This document shows, in pieces, positions 11,696 to 25,334 of a stretch of DNA of 64,000 bases. Location: contig NC_045697.1 in the NCBI RefSeq assembly GCF_009834535.1, positions 90,150,001-90,214,000 of the forward strand, read 5' to 3'. Source of the DNA: Camelus ferus (Eukaryota). Within the stretch, counting starts at the first letter, position 1. The number at the start of each line of letters is the position of its first letter. Position numbers and translations under genes: made by a program. The notes beneath the pieces were generated by a model. The model did no database searches and had not been told where the DNA came from. It was given only the letters and a program-made list of their open reading frames with translations.

Positions 11696-14114
11696 GACGC
11701 ACAATCCAAATTACTGAATATACCTCATCTAGTTCTGGGAGTCACATTATCCACCAATGCACACTGTAAAATAATTAAGATCTGGTTTTATACATTATCA
11801 GATAAAACACTCCTCCCATCTAGGGTCAACTTTTATTCCACAATAATTTTGGTGAGGAGGAAAATTTTGCTGCAAAGAGGACTGACTGGAGAAACTAGAG
11901 CAAAGAGGACACATAAATCTCAGCACAGCAATGCAAACATAATAGGCAGGAAAAGTCACAATCTAAAACCAGTGATGCAAGAGAGAATGGTCAAGTAAGT
12001 TACGTGAGTACTGATATATTACAGCTTATTGATTATAGTACTGAAAGAGAAGTTTACAGATTTTTGCTTCCTTTAACAGTCAACTGACCTATCATCTAGC
12101 ATCTGAGCAACATCAGTAAATGCAAGCCATCAGTAAAGACCCACTCCTAACCTGAGGGCCCCAATTTTTTACCTGAAAATTAAGAAAATAAATTGAGGAT
12201 TTATTGACTTGAGTTTAACCGATTTCTGTGAGATCCATACATGGAATTCAGAGTGCTATGTGTCTTCTGAAATTTTAATAAAAACGATATTCTTATCTGT
12301 TGCACACAAATTACACACACTCACAGATGCATACTCATTATTCTTGGAAAAGAATCTGGAGTTTTCATTAGCTTCTCAGAAGTGTTCTTTACACCAAATA
12401 TTTAAGAAGAAAGATAGAGAACTAGAAAGTGACGTGATTATGGATACTTGATTTATGGGGGATTCCATCAATAAGAAAGCATGCCCCCGATGGGATGTAG
12501 AAGGCTCCAAACCCAGGTAAGAGGAACCAAAAGGCCAAAGTAAAAAGATGAAGCTCCTGAAGCCTCTAAACTGAGGGTCTGAACAACGTCTCAGAAGTGG
12601 AGACTAGGGTAGAAGACCAGTCCCTATAACAGGGCCAATGTGGGAACAAAGAAGGAAGAATCACAGCTAAGGAGTAGGACAAACCCAGGGTTCATCCCTA
12701 GGAACCAAATTATGGACCTAAGGAGATTCTCAGAAGCTCAACATGCACAAGAGCTGCTCCAGATCTTACATTGATGAAGGCATATAAGTTCTAACTACCT
12801 CCAAATTCTTAACAGCAACCATTATCACTGATAAACTTTCTGCCTACGGCAATGGGAATGAGTGAGCCTGTAGGGACCTGTGGTTGGAGAGGTGAGGCAC
12901 ACTTAGGAAATGAAGTAGAGCTAACACAATAGCAGTGAAACAAAGGCCTTGAGCCTCAGGTCCTGTGCTTTAGTCCTCTTAGCATTTTCTAAGGAAATAA
13001 CACCCTACTTGATGTATTTCAAGTTCATCTACTTTCCTAAATCTTTCCCATTAGATCTAGCAGTAAATTCCAGGTCTTCAAAGATAAACCTCAGTACAGT
13101 TCATCAAAGAAATGCTCATTCTAAAAGGAGTTTAATTAGTAGTATGTCAGATAGTCTTTTCCACCTACTAGTGGAAAAGAACAGAATTTTAATTACAACT
13201 AAACCAACATTCTCTTTAAAACAGAAGGAATATGTTTAATTCCAAAGGGACAAAAGAAGGAAAAAGTAACCAGAATGAAGCTTTTATGATTGACTTCTCA
13301 CAATTTTCTGCTATTAACAATTTCACTTTATGGATGGTCTTCATTACCCAAGAAATGAAGGGTACAGCAAAGAACACAAAGCTTTGTTTTGAGTGTAGCC
13401 CAAAGTCCACTAGTTTAAAAGTGTCAGTGTTTTATAGTTTTAAGAAACTGTATGAACTGCAGTTACTTGTGTAAGTTCGTTTTCCAAATGTGTGAACACA
13501 AATGTCTATTGTCCATGAGGAAATTTCATGCTGAGCTACAAGTGAATCACACAATTGAGCTCTCAGCTAAGCAGCAGCCTCTGCCAAGCTAGCCATTTTG
13601 GTGAGTGGTCCTAAACTTGATACGGGGGCAAATAATTTTTTTTCTTTTCCCAGCGGGAGAAAGCTCTTTTCAAAGAGCACAGAACAGCAACAATTTTTTT
13701 TTAAAAATTCTTACTGACATTGCTTTTTTTTTCACATGAAAGAATCTAAGACTGCAATTTTTAACTTCCTTTTGTTAAAACTGCAAAAGACCAACTAACC
13801 TGTGTCCTTAAAGCCCTGCCTTATTTTGCTCCAGATATCATTAAAATCTTTCTCCACTCTCTGCCCAGCAACTTTTTTCTAAAGCAGCATGGAAGTTCAT
13901 TGTTTATATTCCCAAAAAAACTCCACAGGGAGACCAGCTCCCACAATTTCTGCCCACTCCCTGGAATTATTGTGAAGGCTAACTTCTTCTGTCTCCTTAG
14001 TCATTTAGAGTCGTTTAGCATCTTTCAAAACTATTTCAGATACAACATAGCATCAGAGAAGCTATTCAAATTGGTGAATAAATCTTTCAATTTATTCCCC
14101 TATTAAAAATGAAT

Positions 14115-14430
14115 AGCTAGCAGGAGGGATCCTTGTGATGGAACTGTTTTGTATCTCGACTGTCATAGTGATTACATAAATCTGCACATGTAATAAAATT
14201 GAATAGAGCTAAATACACACACACATACATATATATGAATGAGTCCATGTAAAACTCATGAATCTAAAAAAAAGCTGATGGATTATACTGATGTCAATTT
14301 CCTTTGTGTTATATTTATGCAAGATGTTACCACTAGAGAACACTGAGTGACGGGTATATGGATCTCTTTATATTTCTTATAACTGCATGTGAATATAAAA
14401 TTATCTCAAAATGCAAAGTTTTTTAAAAAA
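14115..14430 (+). mobile_element. Old L1 (L1MC/MD-type) 3' UTR
   Basis: gagggatccttgtgatggaactgttttgtatctcgactg...aagatgttaccact...aactgcatgtgaat...aaaa. Confidence 0.85.
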
Positions 14431-16332
14431 TAATTAATAAATTATACATTTCAGGATGTTTTTAATTTTATCGCCTAAAAAAAAACGTTATTTCAGAAAT
14501 ATTTAAAAGAAAATGAAAAAAAAGAAAATGAAAATCTGCAATATAACTAGGAACAACCACCTTTGCTCTGTCCTTTCCTGATGCACGATTATGAATTGCC
14601 ACTACCAGTAAGAGAGGCCCCAAGACCTTTAGCTGAGCCAGTATATGTCATTTTTAATTTTCTGATTTTAAAAAAGGTAAGCTGGTTTTAATTACGTGCC
14701 TGAGTTTGGCTGCAACAGGATCTCCAGTTGGCTTCTGAGTTTTCCAAGGTAGACTGACCAATCATTCTAATTTAGGTTGAGTGCTCAGACATGCCAGATC
14801 AGAGCCATAATGGAAGGAGATCCTACAGGAATGTTACAGACTCTACTTCTCACAAACACATATAGTTACACAAAAACATCTTAGAAGTAGATGCCTTCTT
14901 AAGATATTAAAAGGGAGATGTCCTTTAAGGTTTTCTCTTGTGTTTTTCCAAAACTAATTCTTGTGATATGTATCATATAAATAGGAGAAATGGGTAAGTT
15001 CAACTAAAAAAATGAAGTTGTCAGTTAAATTTTCTAGCACTGCAGTTAGATCTCAGTTTCCTACTATGAAATGAAATGGCTTTTAAAAAATGTATATCCT
15101 AGTTTCTGCTATCCTGTCTCTACATTCTCCAAAGCTGTGCAAATTAAGAGGCACAATCTCATTTCATCCTCAAACATGAAACATAAGGAAGCTTAGTTTC
15201 CTTAAAAGTAATCTCCCCTCCCACAAACCTTGACACCTTTCAAAGGCAAGGTTGTGAAGGTTTGGCTTCAAACTTCTAAACATGTTAATCACACTAGCTC
15301 AATCAGAATTGTCTAGGACTTAAAGAAAAAAAATTACAGCTATGTCTCAATTTTTTATAGAATCATGCATGTATGTCAGAAAATATCACAGAACTACAAA
15401 TTCAAGCAAAATAACCAGCACTTGCAGCTGCAAGAGAGCTAGCAAATTTTTCAAATGCAGTTCAAAGATAAAGCGATCCAAATAGAGTATCAATTCTGAT
15501 ACGAGAAGAAAAAGAATGAGGCCAGAATAGTGCTATCTGTTTTCTTCAGTGGGGTCTATTTTCAAATATCATTTTCCTCCAATTGTTCAAAGTAGCCCCT
15601 ATGGTTCCAGAAATAACAATTAATAATACATTGAGTCCTGGGCTCTACCTTCTTCAGTGATAATCTACAAGTAACGACCCTCTTATCCACCCACCCTGAA
15701 GTTGTATGTAAGAGCAAAAGCCACAGTAGTACTTCAAACACTATAAATGTGGAGGATGAAAAGTGTCAGCCTAATAACTCTTCTATAATGGAAACTATAA
15801 TTAGAGGGGAAGTTACACAAATTACTGGAAAATCTAAAATACAGGCTACTTTAAATATTGTTACTTTTATTCATATAAAGCTTACATTTACATTTTAGTT
15901 TACACTTACATGTGCACATACACTTATGTTACAGAAAAGTATATAATACAGGCAATATGAATTCCCAGCAACTTTTTTGTGGTCATTCTAAATCATTAAA
16001 CATTGTATCAAATGCCTGATTTAACACAACAGAATATGCATAAACTAAAAGCATAATTTGTTTCAATAACTGTATAGAGGTGATTTTATGTTACCATAAC
16101 TTTTTATTCTGTTTGTTTCATTTATGTCAGTGGAAAGCCTGCATTGGGTAAACTAGAGAACTATTTGCAAGGAAAAACATGAAAACATTTTGTTCCTTTA
16201 AGTAGTTTTAATGTTTCTCTCTGCAATTTTGTTTACACTAGTAAGTAATTTGGGAAACTGTTTCTTTAGTAGGACTTCCTCCTACGCAGTAAGCCTATTT
16301 TCACCCCCACTCCCTCCAAAATTTCAAATTAC

Positions 16333-16680
16333 CATACAATCACAACAATGAATTTTGACTTTAGCCTAAACAAGAGAATAATGCTGATTTTTTCGATCAT
16401 TTCCATCACCTGGGGCATTAAAGGAAAGCACACAGTTCTTATCCCCATTTCCTGAAGAGGTTCAGTGGCTGTGCATTCTAATGCCAAGGCCTGGCTTAGC
16501 CGAAACCGGCGCATCTCCAGGCTCATTTAAATAGATGCACAAGAAGGTGTGGTCAACATCTGCCTACAAGATGGCTTGTTTGGAAAAGGTTAAAGGCAGG
16601 CTATCAGTCTCCTGCCACTGTTTCCAGCATTTGCATCAGTCATGGGAAGTGATGTCACACACGTGCAATGCACATGCAAA
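16333..16680 (-). promoter_or_regulatory. Candidate alternative promoter/first exon
   Basis: E-box, CRE-like, ETS, octamer, YY1 and TATA-like motifs upstream of an ATG-initiated frame that runs into the donor ATG|gtaatt. Confidence 0.3.
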
Positions 16681-17129
16681 CTGTAAGCACTTCACCAACT
16701 TTGAATGTGAATCTCCCACCCAAAATCATGCCCAGCTGCCTCACACTGTTTCTCCACTGCCAAATTTCCTACTCTGTATAGCATTGAAAAAATGGATGGT
16801 CTTACGCAAACAGCAGTTTAGTAGATTCAAGTTTTATACAACCAAGCTGTGTATAGTTTTGTTTTTATTGATTACTTCTTGCCATTTCTAGAATCACAGA
16901 AGAAATATTAAAGATTATGCAACACAACACTCTCATTTCACAAATAATTAAATCATACCTCCACGATAGCTTTTACCAGTTGTTCCTATATCATTCTTTC
17001 CCATCAGACTCAGGGGCAGGGACTGGGTTTTAAAACACTTTTCTATAGCTACACCTTAATACCTAGCAGTTATTCTAATTTGTTAAACAAATAAATGGAT
17101 GGATAGATAGATGACTTCATAGAAACCAT

Positions 17130-17340
17130 TTCACAGAGCTATCTTGGGTAACTTGAAACAGCAGATGTGGGCAATTAACTCAATTTTTCTAAAACTCAGT
17201 TAATTTACCCATAAAATGGGAATAATTGTAGTATCTTCCTCAAAGGATTGTTGAGCATATTCCTCTGAGATAACTGCTTTTCCAAAGTTTCACAGAAAAC
17301 CAGGCACATAATAAGAATTCCATAAACATCAGTTGGTTTT
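17130..17340 (+). mobile_element. MIR SINE
   Basis: ctcagttaatttacccataaaatgggaataattgtagtatcttcctcaaaggattgttg. Confidence 0.7.
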
Positions 17341-17502
17341 TATTTTGATAGCAGTAGTAGTATATTACCCTCCATTTCTCCTTGTTACTGTCACTCATTA
17401 ACCTCTTGGTTCCTCTCACTTAAGTGTCAGGGGCTTTACCCCTTGACTTTTGGTCTTTCTCTCTTTCCCTAGATCTACCATTAGTCTGGGGTGACATCAA
17501 TA

Positions 17503-18337
17503 TGAGACAGGAAGGGGGCAGGGTACAGCCATTCAAGGAATGCAACAGCAATTAACATCAAAATGGTGGAGGATTCAACCCTCAGGGGGCCTTGAGGGTC
17601 CGGATGGGTGGGAGATTTGACTTCTGGTTAACCTTGAGCTTCATTTTTTTTTTTTTTAACATTTTTTATTGATTTATAATCATTTTACAATGTTGTGTCA
17701 AATTCCAGTGTTGAGCACAATTTTTCAGTTATTCATGGACATATACACACTCATTGTCACATTTTTTTCTCTGTGAGTTATCATAACATTTTGTGTATAT
17801 TTCCCTGTGCTATACAGTGTAGTCTATTCTACAATTTTGAAATCCCAGTCTATCCCTTCCCACCCTCCACCCCCCTGGTAACCACAAGTCTGTATTCTCT
17901 GTCTGTGAGTCTATTTCTGTCCTTTATTTACGCTTTGTTTTTGTTTGTTTGTTTGTTTTTGTTTTTGTCTAAAAAACAAAAAAACCTTGAGCTTCATTAT
18001 ATGCCCACTGAATATATATTAACATGGTATATAACATGCCCACAGGTGCCATGACAGTCCCAAGGCTAGCCACAAAAAGTCAAAGAGTGGGAAATGGTCA
18101 ACTTCCTGGGAATCCCAGCCCCTTCCCCTGGTCATTCCACTGGTCATTGGACTGGTCATTCCACTTATTAGCATATGAAGCCACTGAGCCCATAAAAACT
18201 GGCAACATGGTGCCAGTGCCTCACAACTGCTGCCCTCTCCCTCTTCGGACCCATACTTGGCCAGGCACATCCCAGGGGTTCAACCAAAGCCTGGGACACA
18301 GCCCTCCTCACACCCCACATCTGTTTTTCCTGCGTCA
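17503..18337 (+). mobile_element. ERV1-class solo LTR interrupted by an L1 fragment
   Basis: TG...CA ends (tgagacagg...ctgcgtca), near-perfect 4-bp TSD aata/aatg, ataaaa TATA-like motif; flanks look like L2. Confidence 0.65.
17646..17982 (-). mobile_element. Young 5'-truncated camelid-type L1 3' end with 16-bp TSD
   Basis: Poly-T at 17644-17657; reverse complement closely matches 49380-49690; TSD aaccttgagcttcatt at 17630-17645 and 17983-17998. Confidence 0.95.
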
Positions 18338-18929
18338 AATGTCCACATGAACAACTCATCAAGCCCATTTTCACACTTCATGGATCTTTTCATCTCCAAT
18401 AACTTTCACTTTTTTCTTTCAGCTATATATGTTGCTTGACCATATACAAACATTCTCTCTGAAACCAGTCTACTTAGATACAATTGCGAGTTCCACATAC
18501 ACATTTTTTTAAGCCCTCTAAAGACTACAGTTACCTCAGTTGCTAACTGGGATTATAGAGGTACTTACTTCACAGTGCTTGGTATATAGTAATACTCTGT
18601 TACTGTTAGTTCTTATTCTTATCACCCAAGCTATACCACCTCTGAAATATGGAACCTCAACACTAATATGTAATGTTTGGACACAAGTTATTCCAACTCT
18701 TTTAATAATATAAACAGTAGAAATCATAGGCTGAAAATGCATTAGAAAAAAAAAAGTAGGAAAATGTAGAAGTACTTAAAGAAAATAAAAAGGTTTCAAA
18801 ATATAATCACTGGGAACCCCCCAAATAATAATGATGGTACTAGTTTACATTAATGGACAATATATGTAGTGTACTTAGAGTAATACCTGGTCCAAAAGTG
18901 TACCAAAATAAGTATATTATGGGAATTAC

Positions 18930-19170
18930 GAGTGATTATGTACAGGCACAATTCTAAGTGCTTTCCATAATGTGTTTTGCACACTCAGACAAGAAAACTG
19001 AGGTTCAGAGAAGCTCAATAACTTACACAAGTTACATGTCTAGCACATTGCAGAGCTGGGATTCAAATGAACGGACCCAAGGCCACGCTGCCAGTTTATT
19101 CACGGTGGAGCAGGAACTTAGAGCCAGGCTGTCTGATATCAGAGCCTGTGCTCTTAATTACTTTGTCTCC
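18930..19170 (-). mobile_element. MIR SINE fragments
   Basis: agaaaactgaggttcagagaag...gcagagctgggattcaaat...agagcctgtgctcttaa. Confidence 0.8.
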
Positions 19171-22100
19171 CCCTAAATCACTAAAACTACAGAATACAGT
19201 TACAAGAGCATAAAAAACACACCACACATACATTTGTTCAATCAAATTTTCATATCAAACTATTTCATTTCAACCAATTTGCTTTTAGCTAAAGTTTATG
19301 CTATTTTCAGCCCCAAGAGAGTGCCCTGGCCCTCAGGGCCAGTGTTGGACTTCATATGTAGGGCCCTGTCAGATTTCCCCCAGGGTGCACAGATGGAGAC
19401 TAGACCCTTAGTCTCAGCATGTCTTGGTTGTTTTCCAGAATTCCTCACTTCACTGATTGGTGAAGACTTGTACTCACACATAACTGAGCAAGTATAATGA
19501 CAACGAGCATTTTTTGGGGGTTCCATTCTGCCTTCACTGAGCCAGCTTATTTCAATACAAAGATTGGTTTGGTGACAATGCTGGAAGTACAGGTCTTCCT
19601 GCCACCATGGGGTGGAGACCTGAGCTACACAAGGCCTAGCTTACAGATAATCCACTTCAAGTGCATTCTTTCCAGAGTTTCTGTGCAGCAGTGTACCCCA
19701 GGTACATCTTTTCTACAGGCATCTGACTCTCATGTTTTGGTTCATGTCCTGAGTTCTCATCAGGGCCACAAAGTATAGGAAGTAGTCATTCTTCTCCAGC
19801 CACCACTCTTCCCTGGGTGAAGTCACCTGATAATTCTATACCCACTCTCAGAACAAAGTAACAGCTTCATGCCTGGGTTAAAAATCTATTAGCTGAGGTG
19901 TATGTTAGGTTCTGAAGTGAGCCAGCAGGCAATGCATGAGAGTGGAGGCAGCAATTCAGTAGTGCTATTTGTGGTCTTTGGGTTTCCTAGAGCAGGGATT
20001 TGGGAGGTAGGATGAAGGGGGGAAAAGGGGAAAATAACATTCTCAGCCTGTAATTCAGCAGTAACCGTCAATGATGATCTTACTGGACATACCATCATTC
20101 TCCATCAGCTTTTTCCTCTATTTCAGCACAGCACCATTATAGAGAGGATATAATTACTTAAGCAAAACATTTCTTTTGGTTTAAACTGTCTTCTCAAAGT
20201 TTTTCTCAACAATTACAGGTCATAAAGAAGAAAAGATACCTCCTACGTATGATAGAATACCCTCATCTATAAATCAGTTGAAAGAAAAAAAAAGACACTG
20301 ATTCAGTTTTAAATTTCTAAATGTGCTGCTGAAAATGGCATTAAAGGGATTAAAAATACTTACATAAATTATTGAATAAAATTTGTTTGCCTTTAAATAC
20401 ATAAGGATGTGCCCTAACTTCTTTAAGAATAAGGATTATCAGCACACAAGCTTGGTTAACAACAAAATGTCACCAGAAACTAAATCACCTCTGTCAATGA
20501 CACCCACGTTTTATACTTCTCACCCCAACTCCTTCTTGTCCTAAGTCTCTTACCCCTTGGATACACGCTTCTCCTCTGTCTTCGAGGCAATTTGGGTGCT
20601 TGGCCTGAAGCAGGACTCTAATAACAACATCAATGACAAAAGCAGTAAAAGAGGTAAAAAAGATGGAAAGTAATAAAAAGTATATTTGATTTTCAAGTCT
20701 TTATCTTTGTTCTTCACCACAATATTTCAATGTATTGAATTGTAATCATGGTGCATTTTTTATTTATTAAAACATGGATTTTTGTCATCAGCTTAGTATT
20801 CTGAGCAATTCTCTTAATTTTTTTATTTTCTCATCTGTAAAATAAGACAACTGCTCCACCTGATCTCAAAAATCACCCAGTTCTTTGAGAGCTCTTCAAT
20901 AAATTTATCTTGATTTCACCTTAGTTCAACTTAATCCAAAACTGGTTTGGATTATTTGGAATTGAGTGCTAAATCAAATCAAATCAAAAAATTTATCAGA
21001 CTGCATAAAAACAGTGGAGAAAAATAGGAGATTAAAACACCAAAGTAATTCTTTCTTCAGAGTAATTTTTACTTCATCATGGAGAACAATTACCATAGTT
21101 AAAAAGAAATTAGTTCTGCCAGCTCCCAATCTTCCAGTGTTTGAGGAAATACTCCATCATCACTATCAAACTTAAAAGCCAGCCCTTTCCACCAGTAATA
21201 AAGGCCTGCCCACCGGCAGTTGAAATACACACATACAAACACATACATATACACAGAGTCCTTCTGCCTTGTTCCTAAACAAATAGAAAATTTCATTCGA
21301 TTTTTACATAGTTTATAATATTTCCCAGAGCATGGCACAAAATATCAGGTATCAATGTCAACTCCTGACAACACTTATTATAGGTCCAAGGCCCGTACTC
21401 AGATAAAGGACATTTCACAAATTCCCTGAGTTTAATGTTCTCTTTTTGGCTCTTCTACCATAGTCACTATTTCTAATTCTTTTCGGTCCACAGATCTGCT
21501 AGAGTGCAACACAAAACCACAGAAGTGTCGAAAACAAGTGTTGGAAATAAGAATAGTAAAATCCCAACTGCACGTACAAAAGAAAAAACATGTGTACAAA
21601 ATTGCTTCCAAACATTTAAAATATATTTATCCTCAATTTGTAATATTTGGATTCCACAGGAATTAAAGGCTGAGAATTAAAATAATGTATCAGCTAGAGA
21701 GCAAAAATGCATCATTTTTGGCTCAGTCTGTCATCTGTGGTGAATCAGATTTTTTTTCAGTTTAACCCAATTTAAGCATAAAAATGAAATAGCTCAGAAA
21801 AGCAGAAAGCAGCAATAGTCTCCCAACCCAACAATTATTAGGACACACAGATATTTAACTCTATACAATTACCTTAACAATGTTCAAAAAGTTAGTATTT
21901 CTACTCAACTGTTACATGTGAAAAGTTGTTTTAAGTACTGTAATTTCTAACAGTACCTTATAAACTGTGTGTATGATAAGAATTCACATTTATATTAATA
22001 TGCAATCAATAGCCAGGTACATGTGGTACTCTATTTTTTATTATATTCTAGAGGAGTAAGAATTAATATTTACCTTATCAATATTTCATGATCTGTATAC

Positions 22101-22909
22101 TTTTTCTACTTTCTCCTCCTCACAACCACTTTAATTGCATTTACTCTTCACAGCAATAAGGCAAAGTAAGTATTGTTATTTTCAGTTTATAACTGGAAAA
22201 ATAAGCAACCGACGTAAGGGGGAGTAAGTAACTTACTCTAAGTCTCACTACTGCTGTGTGACAGAATTAGTAACCAAACACAGGCCAATATGACTCTAAC
22301 ACAGAGGAGATTACATTAAAAAAAATAGTAGATCACCCGAGAATCCCCAGTACCTAAAAAATATTAAGCTAATTCTACTTCACCAGAACTCATCCATTCA
22401 GACAGATTGCCTGGTGCTAGAATTTGTCTCATAGGATATGGTATTAAATGCCCCCTATAAACTTTCACACTGAAAACAAATCAAAGCAAACAATATAAGC
22501 CATCAACAGCAATCTTGCCTTCCAAAGAAATCTGTGTCATACAGCAGATGCTTGAAAACTTTTACCCATGAAGTGTGATATTTAATATCTCTCAAAACTT
22601 TATTTTCATTATTGAACAATTATTTCCAAAATCTTAAGTTTCATTCAATCTAAAATTTGGAAATAAGATCACACACTTTTCTTAACATCCTACCCTTTGT
22701 TGTTTCCTCCTTTTTTCCTATCTTTATAATGCCTGTTTTTCATTGCTCAATATGTACTAACCATTCAATATTACTAAAAACTTCTAAGATGTTACATAAT
22801 AGAAAACATTAGTCTCTGAGTTTAAAGATTTCATGGTAAGGGTAAGGAAGCAAAGAAATAAAGACCTTCAGAATTACTCAGTATATTTACATGATTCTCT
22901 ATAAACAGC

Positions 22910-23130
22910 AGTATTAGCTTCTAATTATTGAGTACCTATTAAAATGCCAACCACTGTATCAAGTGCTTTATATATCTGATCTTGTTTTATTTCAGCTGCA
23001 AGCTTTTGAGCTATTATCACAAATAAAGCCAAAGATAAAAAGAACAGCTTCAGAAGCTTTAAATATCTTGATCAAACTGATACAATTAGCTAATGACAGG
23101 ACAGGGTCTCTAACTCAAGTCTGTCTGACC
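22910..23130 (-). mobile_element. MIR SINE
   Basis: tattgagtacctatt...caagtgctttata...ctaactcaagtctgtctgacc. Confidence 0.65.
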
Positions 23131-25334
23131 TCATTTTATTTATTTAGTCTACCAAAGTCAGACAGGCCTAGGTTCAAATCCCAGAACTCTCACTTAAAGC
23201 AGTGTTCAAATTGTTTGGAAAGGCAACAAATCAACTCGAAAATGTCTGCTGTAGATGAGAATGAGCACAGCCTGTTCAGAGACACCCTGAAAATACCCAT
23301 CTGCTAGAGCAGAGGCTTCTCATTGGAAGGCACCTGTCCATTCACTAAAATACAGTCAGAGGTAGGTTGGGAGAAGATGGTACCAAGCTGGATAAGTGCC
23401 AACTTTGGACCCCATATGTAGTAAATCACCTTCAATATAGCACTTATGTAATTTTCCAGAATGAGACAGTTAACACACTCTAAACTCTGCAAACTCCAGT
23501 AGGGAAGAATTTCTGAAATTTCATTCAGAGATTGGGCCTCTTCCTGTAATTCCATGCAGCGTTTGTGTATCTAGCAACTACAGCATCTGTAAAGTCATTG
23601 AATTGTAAAGGAAATAATAAAGCTATTCCCATCAAGTAAAATGGCTGTTGCGCTGCCCTGAAACCCTGACTAATTAGAACATGTGCAGAGAATCTGTATT
23701 TGTCCCAGTGGGTGACCACAGTGACCTTTCATGTCTAAGATTTGGTAATACATCTTGGGTTGGGCCATACTGGAAAGTATGAATGATGTCCCCAGCCAAG
23801 AACGGACTTATCTGATTCAGAATGTCAGAGTGTCAATATAACCTCTTCATTGCATTTTTTTACATTCTATTCCTAAGGTATTATTGGTAAGTTACCTGCA
23901 ATATATATGTACCCATATATCCTTTCCTAATGACCAGATTCATCTTTTTGGCAATATCTTCTGAAGAGAGGTCTAGAGTAGAAGAATAGGGCATTGATGT
24001 CAGATTCCACATTCACTGGCAGGTACAGATAGAAAAGTACACAGTACCTACATAGATGTGATTCAAACCAGTTCTTATTCCCTCACTTTCCAAATAGTAA
24101 ACGTATTCTGTTTTCCACTTGTAATTTAGTGGGCGGTATTGCTTATTTTATATATGAATGGCAGAGACAAATCCACATTAGTATAACAACTGCACTTTGT
24201 ACTTCTCATTCTCAAACCCAGCCCTATCCATCTTATCATAATAGCTATTGCTTGTACTGAGGAAAGTGCCATTGGACATACCTACACCTCCCTGCCACAC
24301 AGCAGCTTAATTCTAATCTGGCTTAAACAGTTACTTTAAATAAGTTAGGTTTTTCCTTTTAGGAGTCCATATATTCCTTTCATCTAACAAATGAATCTCA
24401 GCTTTATCATTGCATCAAGATTAATCCATATATAGGAGGGAATATTTCGTATCATTCTGACAAAAGAAAGAAGAAATATGCTTCCTCCTCCATCTAAAAC
24501 AACAGAGACATGGTTCAAAGCCACCATTTCAGGTATGTGTAAATAAAACTTTATTTATATGTCAATTTCATGCTTCTACAAAGGATAAAGCCAAAGATGA
24601 TTATAAAGAATCAACTGACCTAATGCTGAAAAAGGACCAAAAAAAGCTCCAATCTATATACTTGGGTGCCATAGGGCTTGTGCCTTCATTTTTTTACTTA
24701 AATGGAAGAGGTAAATGGATTGAAAGAATTTCGTTACATAAGAATATTATGAGAATAAATGCTTAAGGAATATTCCACAGCATAACTTTGAAGAGGTACC
24801 TAGAGCATTAACCCAAAGTAAAAAGGCAGAGACAACCTAAGTCTGTATCATGTTTCTAGGTACTGTCACACCTGTCAGTGGGCTTGATAACTACACTAGA
24901 ATTAGGGCCCCAAAGCTGCCTGAACCATGAAAATGTCTCTATGGCACAACATACAGTAATTTTGTGGCTTAAAGAAAAAATATATTCCAATCAAAAAAAA
25001 AAAAAAAAAAAAAAGCCACTACAACAGATTTTAAAAGATCTCTTGCCCATCTTAGAATCTCTCGGCAGAATTTGAGAAAAGGATTATCTATCTACAAAAA
25101 TGTGAACAAGAATAGAATAAATAAGAGTATGAAACCTACACTTGTCTCTCATTATGAAAAACACCAGATTCTGAAACAGCAGCAGTCATTCCACTCACAA
25201 GTAAGTGAAGCGTGCACACTGAAGTCACCACCACCGGAGCTATTTGAGAGCATTTGGCGAGAGATATTCACTGAGATTTAATCCTAACACTGGAATTCTC
25301 CCCTAGTCAAAAAGAGTTCTTCCAAATCATGGCT

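Noticed and set aside
12165..12190. Minus-strand ttaattttcag|GTAAAA as a recursive site
   Set aside because: Weak donor, and it probably derives from a degraded MIR core.
12440..12900. Purine-rich LTR-like segment
   Set aside because: May be an ancient LTR, but I cannot assign a family or termini by eye.
21440..21590. Strong minus-strand acceptor(s) near 21568 and 21500
   Set aside because: No convincing downstream donor (only ATG|gtagaa); likely pseudo-sites.
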